A DNA stretch of 64,000 nucleotides. Source: a virus. Lineage: Duplodnaviria > Caudoviricetes. A program made the translations under genes and the position numbers. Under the pieces are notes generated by a model, which was given only the letters and a program-made list of their open reading frames with translations, ran no database searches and had not been told where the DNA came from. This document shows positions 8,668 to 16,830 of this stretch, in pieces (within the stretch, counting starts at the first letter, position 1; every line of letters begins with the position of its first letter). Location of the stretch: positions 1 to 64,000 of IMG/VR virus record IMGVR_UViG_3300033075_000927; one strand, given 5' to 3'.

Positions 8668-10675
8668 ACACCTATGAAACCTGGGAGCTAGGAAATCCGG
8701 CTTGGCTTCTGGATTTCAGCCAGTGCAGAAAGCTTGATGCTGCTCTCTTGGCGGTGCCGGGCACGAGGCTTCTACGGGCAGTACGTGAGGGCCTGAAAAC
8801 ATGACACCTCGATGCTACGAGATCGGTGAGTTCATGCTGTGCCAGCTCTACGGAGCGTGGCCTATTGCAGACCCTCACGGCGTAAAGCTGCGGGAACTAT
8901 CTGAGTATCTCTTGCTGAATGTAAGAGATCCAGCAAGGTTCGGTGTCGATGTTTTTGGGTGGGTAGAGCAATGAACGCAGCTTCACTACCATTTGAAGAC
9001 GCGCGTAGCGATGACACATTCTGGCACGGGCACGAATGCTGCCAACTTCAGGAGGCTATAGTGGCTGGTGTTCCGCATATGTTTTACCAAGTCTTAGACC
9101 CGCTGTGGGATTATGAGGAGGCTATGTGAATCCTGTTAGTTTAGTTAGATGGCATTACTTAGATTGGTATTCAGGCTGGCAGACCTATAACGAAGCGTCT
9201 GTAGTCTTCTCTCTTCGAGAAGGCATACCTAACCTAAACGGCCTACGTCATCCTAGGCAATGGTTAGCATGGGGCTCACAATGACACCAAGAGACGTAGC
9301 ATTAGCGTACATGCAGATACTGTTTAAATACGGAGGGTGGCAGGAGCTCAACGTAGAGCCCCTAACGGAGGCTCTGATTGAACTACCAGATCCGTCTAGA
9401 GGCTGGAGCATGGAAGAGTGGGCCGAACCATGACACCTGCCTACATAAAATTTCGCACATACACCGAGTGCTTCCCCGGTGGCGGGGATGCCTACAGGCG
9501 CGTAAGATACGAGATGTTTGTGGTTTTTGGACTATCGGCGGATTGCCGGAGGAATCTATGACACCCTACAAGACACTCGACCCGTCAGACTTGGCTCTGA
9601 GACTGGGCAATGGCCATGCACACAGGGATGTGGACCTGGAGTTCTGGGCCCTATACTCACTGGCTTTTGGACTGAGAGACCAGCTATGACACCACTGCCA
9701 AGACTAATCCACTACATGCACCTGTATTACTTCCCACGCGGAAGCCAACATCATGTGTTCGTAGCCATGTCAAACGTACCTCACTACCTGCGCAACACGC
9801 TAAAAGCAGACAGGTTGGTGAACCTATGACTGACGTAGACAGCAAAGTCTTCCACTTTACAGGCATGCCATTCACATCGGAAGGCCTGTGGCCAATGCGA
9901 TTAGCCATCCGCGACGGTGTCCCGTCCTACAAAATCCGCGAGTACATTTACACGGAGCTGGAAGCATGACACAAGCAGCGAAACTGTATCGGCTGCAAGT
10001 TCTTGGGCACCTCGGTGACCGGCCCCACGAGCTATTCTCAACCCTGCTGGACTTACCGGGACCCGAACTACAGCACACATTGCAGAAAGGGCTTCGAGCA
10101 TGACACCTCAACTACAGTTGATCCGACTTCAGCAGGTAGGCTCCATTGGAGGGACTTGCGAGTGGGCACTGCTCAGGCAATTCTGCATGATACCGGAACA
10201 TCTAATCCTCCTTGAAGTCAGAAGGATTTGTCACACATGACACCCGCATACACCGCCACAAGCTTCAGCTACTCTGCCAGGATCACCGTGCATAAGTTGC
10301 TTCAGCCATTCCGGCTGGCCCTGGTAGAAGGCACAGGGCAGTACCAATGCCGCGCCCATCTTCGCGGAGGACTTGACGAATGACACCTAGATCAGCAGCC
10401 ATCAGCAACTTCTGCTACCTGCCCTTCCACCAGGGCCTGTACGACCTTGACAGTCCTGAACTGCGCTTGGCCCTGTACCGCATCATCTACAATCCGCGCA
10501 CAACCGTAAAGATCCTGCTATGACCAGCACCCCGCACCTTATCGACCACTGGTTCTGGCTGCCCAGGGTGCTGCCTTGGCAAGGCTTCTACCTGAGAGAG
10601 TTGCAGAAGAAGCTTAGCCTGGTCCACAGGCCACGGTCAGGCAAAATAAATTTCACGCTGTACCAATACCTGTGA
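8664..10675 (+). other. micro-ORF array D (14 consecutive translationally coupled microproteins, 43-57 aa)
   Basis: Starts at 8664, 8801, 8971, 9126, 9281, 9430, 9558, 9686, 9826, 9966, 10100, 10237, 10380, 10520. Every start overlaps the previous stop by exactly 4 nt; eight begin MTP. Confidence 0.88.
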
Positions 10676-10681
10676 TACAAT
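10652..10681 (+). promoter_or_regulatory. sigma70-like promoter
   Basis: TTCACG-18 nt-TACAAT with an extended TG at 10673-10674. Confidence 0.55.
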
Positions 10682-10725
10682 AGCTCCGCTACCGCAGCAA
10701 ATCAACCCACCACCAAGGAATCACC

Positions 10726-11058
10726 ATGACCATCCGCTCCATCCCCAAACCAACCATCGTCCGTACCACCGTCGGTGCCCTGGACTCCACCTTCGCAGCT
10801 CTGCGCCCCGCTACTGACGACTGCCACTTCGAGACCGTTGCTGCCGACAGCACTGTCGAAAAAGTGCGCAACAAGTTGTCGAGCGCCATCAACTCCTACC
10901 GCGTTCGCACTGGTGACAAGTCAGCCTTCTCGATCCGCGTGATCGAGGGCGGCGTGGACGGTATGGAAGCCGTTGGCGTCTGGAAAGAAGACAAGGAATT
11001 CACGCCACGCCCCAAGAAGGTTGTGGCTGAAGTTGCGGCTGAAGTTACCGAAGCCTGA
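10726..11058 (+). CDS. hypothetical protein (110 aa)
   Basis: RBS AAGGAATCACC-ATG and highly biased codons. Confidence 0.8.
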   Translation: MTIRSIPKPTIVRTTVGALDSTFAALRPATDDCHFETVAADSTVEKVRNKLSSAINSYRVRTGDKSAFSIRVIEGGVDGMEAVGVWKEDKEFTPRPKKVVAEVAAEVTEA

Positions 11059-11127
11059 TCAGCAACACCTCACAGCCAACCGACTGCGTAAAACCAGTCG
11101 GTTTTTTATCGCCTACAATTTACCAAA

Positions 11128-11325
11128 ATGTTCAAAATCTTCAGAACTCCGAACTTCACTGATGTTGTCGAAAAGCAACTCGAAACAGCCAAACTGAACT
11201 TGCTCGATGCTGAGAGCGCCTTCGAGATGGCCGCTGCCCGCCTGCAGATGGCACGCACCACTGTGACACGCCTATCCAACCACCCAGCCATTGCAAAAGC
11301 CGTCGCACGAAAGGAAGAGGGATGA
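11128..11325 (+). CDS. small coiled-coil hypothetical protein (65 aa)
   Basis: ORF track; stop overlaps ATG 11322. Confidence 0.7.
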   Translation: MFKIFRTPNFTDVVEKQLETAKLNLLDAESAFEMAAARLQMARTTVTRLSNHPAIAKAVARKEEG

Positions 11326-11420
11326 CTCCTGAGCTTGTTCAGGCCGTCGGCCAGTACATCGTGATCCCTATTTGCGCTGCGGCAGGTGTCGTGGCTTTCT
11401 TTTGGTTTATCAAAGGTTGA
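11322..11420 (+). CDS. MTP-start membrane micropeptide (32 aa)
   Basis: MTPELVQAVGQYIVIPICAAAGVVAFFWFIKG; ATGA overlap; one hydrophobic helix. Confidence 0.65.
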   Translation: MTPELVQAVGQYIVIPICAAAGVVAFFWFIKG

Positions 11421-11427
11421 TTCAACA

Positions 11428-11919
11428 ATGAGCCGTTACGCAGACATCAAACCCGGAAGCTTGAAACACAAGATCCTCAAGACCTTGGCATCGCCAGACT
11501 ACCTGACCGCCGAGCAAGTCGTGGAGGCCGTCAAGTCCGATGGAACCAGAATCAAAGCCGACGCTGTGCATCACATGCACCTGCGCCCCATGATGACAGC
11601 CGGGCTCGTCTCTGGTGTGCAAACTACTTGGGGCGACTCGGTCGAGATGTACGAGTGGACCTACACTCTCACACTCGACGGCAGGCTCGAACTGCGGGAG
11701 CTTGACGACGAGCTGGCAGGCAAGCCGAAGGAAGGCTTGGTGCCACCCCGTAAAACGCCCATCTCGAAGGAGAACTACGCTGGCGACGAGCTGAAACGCC
11801 TGCCAGGCCTGCCCGCTGACCGCTACGCCGCCTTCGATCTGCCCAGCGTTGCACTTGGATGGCGCGAGTGGCCAAAACACTTGCGAGGCGAGAAGCCGCG
11901 TGAGAAGGTGGAGCTGTGA
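11428..11919 (+). CDS. hypothetical protein, possible winged-helix DNA-binding protein
   Basis: KILKTLASPDYLTAEQVVEAV..HHMHLRPMMTAGLV resembles a wHTH; start moved to MSRYAD. Confidence 0.55.
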   Translation: MSRYADIKPGSLKHKILKTLASPDYLTAEQVVEAVKSDGTRIKADAVHHMHLRPMMTAGLVSGVQTTWGDSVEMYEWTYTLTLDGRLELRELDDELAGKPKEGLVPPRKTPISKENYAGDELKRLPGLPADRYAAFDLPSVALGWREWPKHLRGEKPREKVEL

Positions 11920-13462
11920 CAGAGGTAGGGTTCCTTCTCAGGGGCGGCAGCTCAGTGCCTGCAATTTACGGCATACATGGCGTGATGTCGATCAGCCAGC
12001 GGCTCAAGACCTGGGCCATTCTTTCGGCAGACGGGAGGTTCAGGTGAACGCCGTTGGATTCCGAATCCGGGTTATTCGGATGTATGACGATGTCAGTGGT
12101 ATCACCAGGCATGACGTAAGCACAGGACTTGCTAGGGTCTACGACTGTAACCAGCCGCTGGCAATCTACATATTCCACTACACCAGAAACCTATGACACC
12201 AGTACGCATAGACGAACAGAGGCTAGTGAACTACTGGGCGCACGACGTGTCAAGTTATCTTAGCAGTGCGGCCTACACTGCTGGAATGGTTGGCTTGGCT
12301 ATAAGGGGCTACCTATGACACCTGTCTGGATAGCTGAAAGGCCCTTAGTCGGCTTCTGGCACCACCGGGTAAGCCAGCACCTGGTGGATGTGGTCAATGT
12401 GACCTATAGGATCGCTTCAGCAGTAAGGAACGTATGACACCAGTACAAATCATGGAAAGAGAACTTGTAGGGGTCTACAAGCACACTGCAAGACTGGGGC
12501 TCGGCCCTCTGTCCGACATGGAGGTCAAGTGCTGCGAATCCGTTGCGACGGGCTGTGACACATGACCGCAGTAGACATTAACGAGCATGAGATGGTTGGA
12601 GCTGGACGCTGCCGGGTGAGAGCCGGGCTGGAGCAACTGTTCGAGGTCGGGTTCCAGGCTGCCATCTCTTTAGCGGAGTACCTATGACACCAGTATACCT
12701 ATGACACCAGTGTACCTATGACACCAGTATACATAAATGATCGAGGACTTATCCCAGTGTACGACGGTGACGAGGAAGTGTACGATTCCCTGCACGACCT
12801 CGCACTCGTTGAAGGTAAGGTAGCTGAAGGTGCAACTACATGGCTGGAATCAACATGACACCAACCAAAATAAGCACCCCGAGGCACCTCGTAAGGTGGT
12901 ACAACTACGAGGCTTTGCAGATAAGTAAAAGCTTAGGAAGGTTGGCAAGGCTAGAACTTCATTTAAGGCTATCACAACACCAATCTGTAAGATGACTTCT
13001 GTAGACCAAAGACGAATCCAGCTGCACCATTGGATGACACCTCTACCGATGTGCTCGTGGATAGTGATGAGCTGCTTGAGCATAGCAGAGACTTTCACCC
13101 TGCAAAAGTGGGCATTAAGGAGTTCAGATGACTGAGGCAGAGCTACCCAGAGAAGGCGTAATAACCACGCTGCGGTCTCACATACACCCTAACTTTGAGG
13201 TGCGTAGAGCTGTATACTCTAAAATACCTCAATCGTGGCGGTTGGCTCACTGGTGCCACGTCCAATACGAGCAGCTGACATGACACCAGCAACCTTACTA
13301 AACCCTCAAGGCAAGGTCGCAGAGCCTTGGAATAGGGTAGGCGTACACGCCTTCGACGTTGACCCGTACTCAGATGCGGCGATCATGTTTTACAACCTGC
13401 GGGCCGAGATCGAGCAAGTCCTGGGTGGCAGCTTACGCTACGTGTTGAGGAGGTTTATGTAA
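11916..13462 (+). other. micro-ORF array E (11 microproteins plus 2 hexapeptide units)
   Basis: Starts at 11916, 12044, 12193, 12315, 12434, 12562, 12684 (6 aa), 12701 (6 aa), 12718, 12855, 12992, 13128, 13280. All are 4-nt RTGA overlaps except 13128 (8 nt). Confidence 0.87.
12680..12730 (+). repeat. 17-bp tandem repeat x3 (ACCTATGACACCAGTRT)
   Basis: Direct reading: ACCTATGACACCAGTAT / ACCTATGACACCAGTGT / ACCTATGACACCAGTAT. Confidence 0.95.
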
Positions 13463-13500
13463 CTTCAGGCAAGAATCGACCCACTACCACACCTACCAAC

Positions 13501-13917
13501 ATGAAAAGAAAAAACCTCAACCTCACCCCAGTCGAACGCGCCGTGGCCTACGCCAAGTTCAGCAAGATGCTGACTTCGGCTCACCTACAAGCCCTGATCG
13601 GTGGCGACATGAACAAGGTGCTGGACAGCGTCTGCACCTTGCTCTTCATCGCAGCCGCCGCCGCGCACCATGCTGACATCCTGGACGCTGATGTCAAGAT
13701 CATTCACGGCGCGTGCCGGGCCTCCGTGCAGGCATGCTCCGAAGAGCGTCTGACGGACTTGCACCGTGGAGCCCTCGAATCCGGCCTGCTGGCCATTGAG
13801 CGGCTGCGGCCAAGACTGCCGGTGCCAGCCCTGGTGCTGGCCTCGACAGAAGTGTCCCTCCTGATCCGCCAAGGTGGCGTATACTGGAAGGACTTTCAAA
13901 AATATGTGCCGGAGTAA
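13501..13917 (+). CDS. hypothetical protein (138 aa)
   Basis: ORF track; GC-rich coding bias. Confidence 0.75.
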   Translation: MKRKNLNLTPVERAVAYAKFSKMLTSAHLQALIGGDMNKVLDSVCTLLFIAAAAAHHADILDADVKIIHGACRASVQACSEERLTDLHRGALESGLLAIERLRPRLPVPALVLASTEVSLLIRQGGVYWKDFQKYVPE

Positions 13918-13920
13918 TTT

Positions 13921-14216
13921 ATGACACCAGCCGCGAACGCAACTGAATTAGTGCAAGACTTTGTAGATCAAAACAATTACACTAAGCTAGAAGTTGCCTG
14001 GAGCCTGCGGCCTGCATGCACCAGCCAGATGATTGGCTTCACCAGAGGCTCAGTGTCTGTGGGTGAATGGCCATGACAGAAGCTGGAATCCATGTACGTG
14101 ACCTAAATGTAGGTGAGCTAAACTGCCAGAACACCTACTACATCATAGAAAGTTTAATAACCCAGCCAGCAGCACCTCTGCTGTGGTTGTTTCACTCAGT
14201 GACACCACAACCATGA
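13921..14216 (+). other. micro-ORF pair F
   Basis: 13921-14076 (51 aa MTPAAN) and 14073-14216 (47 aa MTEAGI), ATGA overlap. Confidence 0.7.
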
Positions 14217-14222
14217 AAGACT

Positions 14223-14603
14223 ATGAACTCAAAAGACTTCCTCAACTCGCTACCTCCAATCTATTGGAGTGCCAAGCACCCCAGCACTTACGTCTTTCTC
14301 AACAACATGCGACCGGCTGGCATCGGGCTGCTCGCCCCGGCTGAGCCCGGAGCCTGGAACCTGATTCACGACAAGTTCGACTGGGGTACACTCGCCGGCC
14401 ACCAGCAAGCCGTGACGTGGTGGTCGTTCCTCAAGTCGGCGCTCAAGGTGCAGGTGCAGGGCTACCCGCTCGACGAGACTGTCGTCTTCCTAGGGCCGCA
14501 CAAGTGGCCAGAGTGGTGGGCCGCCAACCGAAACGCAGCTCCGCTCACCGCCCGGCTGCATATCGACAACGTGATGGCACTTGGTGCCGTGAAGGAGGGG
14601 TGA
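14223..14603 (+). CDS. hypothetical protein (126 aa)
   Basis: ORF track; coding bias. Confidence 0.7.
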   Translation: MNSKDFLNSLPPIYWSAKHPSTYVFLNNMRPAGIGLLAPAEPGAWNLIHDKFDWGTLAGHQQAVTWWSFLKSALKVQVQGYPLDETVVFLGPHKWPEWWAANRNAAPLTARLHIDNVMALGAVKEG

Positions 14604-14604
14604 G

Positions 14605-14859
14605 ATGCTTGGAGCCAATCTGGCGATTGTGGCCGCCACACTGTGGTATATTTTGGTAAGCGTTGACGGCAGGTTGCTAGCATGGCTAGCAACCTGCCTG
14701 CTCCTGCCGCTGCTGTTTGCCGTAGGGTGCCTGCTCTTGTTCTCGGTTCCTGTGTGTTGGCTAGCTAGAATGCTGGCCAAAGCTAGCCAGGCTTCTGTGG
14801 AAGGTGTCTACACCCTGTTTGACTGGTTCATGGACACTGAAGACCGCCTCTACAAATGA
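14605..14859 (+). CDS. small membrane protein (84 aa)
   Basis: Two hydrophobic stretches; stop overlaps the helicase ATG. Confidence 0.6.
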   Translation: MLGANLAIVAATLWYILVSVDGRLLAWLATCLLLPLLFAVGCLLLFSVPVCWLARMLAKASQASVEGVYTLFDWFMDTEDRLYK

Positions 14860-16247
14860 AGTACGAAGCCATCAAGCCTCAATTTGAGCAGGCAGCTGGC
14901 TTCGCTCCGACCGCCCTGCAGGTGTCGGATGCGGAGCTGCTGAGCCAGCTACCGGCCTCTGCCAACTTCTCTGACGTGGGCACTGGAAAGACGGTCATCA
15001 GCACCCTGACCAGCCTGCTGCGCGAGGTCGATGTGACCTTGGTGGTCGTCCCACCAATCCTGATTCCGCAGTGGACTTCTTGGCTACAGCAGGTGGGCCG
15101 GGGCCCCGTCTGCCGCTTTGATGGCCCACCAGCCAAGAGGGCCAAGCTCAGGCCTCAAGAGGCGCGGTGGGTGGTGATGAGCCATGCCATCTACCGGGAC
15201 AACCCAAGCAACTGGCTAAAACTTGGAATGGAGAGAGAACTTGAGCTGATAGTCGATGAAGCGCATGCACTTAAATCGACTAGAAGCGTGCTATTTAAGT
15301 CTGTGCTGCGGCAGCCAAAAGCGGCCTTGCAGCTTCTGACTGCTACGCCAACTTCCGGCCCAATCGACGCCTACTCTTACATCAGGCTGAAGACACCGAA
15401 CGTCTACAAGTCCTTGGGAGAGTTTGAGCTTAGGCACATTGAGACGAGAGACATTTTCCAGAAACCTACAGCATGGCGAGGCCTAGATGTTGTGGCCAAG
15501 CACCTAGCCGTCCACACCGTGAAACGTACCAAGGAGGAGGTGTTCGGTTACGATCTGACACCAATCTTCCAGACGATGAATTACGACTTGGATACCGCCC
15601 ACCAGAAGCTGTACAGGAAGCTGGTTGACGAGCAGTTTCTACTCCTGCCCGACGGCGAGAAGATTGATGCGACGACTGCTACACGGCTTTACCACGCTGT
15701 GCAGCAGATAGTCTGTAACTGGCACGAGTTCTCTGGGTCTCCGGGTGACCGATCAACCATCTACGACTTGGTGGACAATGTGGTGGAAGACAGCCGCTGC
15801 CTTGAGCACGACCGTAGCAAGCTGATCATATTCACTTACTACAAGCGCACCAGCCGCAACATGCTTGAGTACCTGAATACCAAGCACGGTGATGTAGCTG
15901 TAGGTGCCTACTCTGAAGTCGATAGTGCAAAGTCAGTTGCCAGATTCCTGAACGATCCGTCGTGCAGAATCCTAGTCGGACAACCTTCGTCATGCGGGGC
16001 TGGCTTAAACCCAGCCCACCTCTGCTCGGAAGTGTTGTTCGTTGAGGCTTCAACAATACCGATTCAGATGACACAGGCGATAGGGCGCGTTGATCGTATG
16101 GGGCAGAAGGTACGTCCAACTGTTAGGTTTGCACTAGCAAACGGAACTGTGCAGCGCAAGTTGTTCGGGCAGTTGGCAACCAACTCAGACCTCGTCGCAA
16201 CCGTGGAAAACAAAAAATCGCTCCGAGATGTTTTGCTCGGCCTTTGA
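14856..16247 (+). CDS. SNF2-family (SF2) helicase
   Basis: Motif I VGTGKT, II LIVDEAH, III TATP, V GAGLN, VI QAIGRVDRMGQ. Confidence 0.9.
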   Translation: MKYEAIKPQFEQAAGFAPTALQVSDAELLSQLPASANFSDVGTGKTVISTLTSLLREVDVTLVVVPPILIPQWTSWLQQVGRGPVCRFDGPPAKRAKLRPQEARWVVMSHAIYRDNPSNWLKLGMERELELIVDEAHALKSTRSVLFKSVLRQPKAALQLLTATPTSGPIDAYSYIRLKTPNVYKSLGEFELRHIETRDIFQKPTAWRGLDVVAKHLAVHTVKRTKEEVFGYDLTPIFQTMNYDLDTAHQKLYRKLVDEQFLLLPDGEKIDATTATRLYHAVQQIVCNWHEFSGSPGDRSTIYDLVDNVVEDSRCLEHDRSKLIIFTYYKRTSRNMLEYLNTKHGDVAVGAYSEVDSAKSVARFLNDPSCRILVGQPSSCGAGLNPAHLCSEVLFVEASTIPIQMTQAIGRVDRMGQKVRPTVRFALANGTVQRKLFGQLATNSDLVATVENKKSLRDVLLGL

Positions 16248-16295
16248 CCATTTACAATCCGCCCGCCACCCCGGCGAGCCAACTCACTCAACCTC

Positions 16296-16820
16296 ATGCA
16301 CCATCAATTCCAGACCCCGTCACGGGGCGCGACCCAGACAGACCACCTTGCCCTTGAACGCCAGTTCAGCAACACGGCAGCAGAACACCTCCCAGACGAC
16401 CACCTCCGCGAATTCCACAGCGGCCACTACACGGTCAAGGTGAGCCTCTGCCCCAAGAAGAAGCTGTACCTGTTCCAGGCGTCTGCCGGGCGGCCCACCA
16501 ATTTGCAGGTCATCCAGCTGCTGGACACCGACTTCACGTTGGACGAGGGCTTCAGCCTTGAAGTCGGCGGCTTCCCTGCCCCAGAAACCACTCGCCTGTT
16601 CGACCACTCGCCGCGCCGTCTGGCTCCAGGTGTCTTCATGTGGCTGCCGCGCTTCACGATGGTAGAGCGGTACATCTACCAGGGCATGCCGAAGTCGCGC
16701 GTCGGTGTTGTGATCCGTTCCACGCACAGTCCAGAACGGCAGCTGGTGGACGGTAAGTGGTACCTAGTTGACGCGCGAAGACTTGACCTTATTGATCCGA
16801 CTCTGACACAACGCTACTGA
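16296..16820 (+). CDS. hypothetical protein (174 aa)
   Basis: ORF track; fills the helicase-primase gap on the sense strand. Confidence 0.65.
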   Translation: MHHQFQTPSRGATQTDHLALERQFSNTAAEHLPDDHLREFHSGHYTVKVSLCPKKKLYLFQASAGRPTNLQVIQLLDTDFTLDEGFSLEVGGFPAPETTRLFDHSPRRLAPGVFMWLPRFTMVERYIYQGMPKSRVGVVIRSTHSPERQLVDGKWYLVDARRLDLIDPTLTQRY

Positions 16821-16830
16821 GGCTCTGCAC

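Noticed and set aside
8664-13462. CRISPR array or mini-array interpretation of the periodic ATGACACC motif
   Set aside because: The repeat is only about 8-17 bp, the intervening segments are 120-170 bp open reading frames, and no cas genes are present.
8664-13462. Integron cassette array
   Set aside because: No tyrosine integrase in the window and no attC-like palindromes at the junctions.
252-14216. TGA stop-codon reassignment making the short ORFs fragments of long genes
   Set aside because: Each next ORF is in the -1 frame, so readthrough would not join them, and core genes end normally at TGA.
14213-14344. Extra 43-aa ATGA-coupled ORF at 14213
   Set aside because: It overlaps the better-supported 126-aa ORF at 14223 in another frame, so it was not counted.
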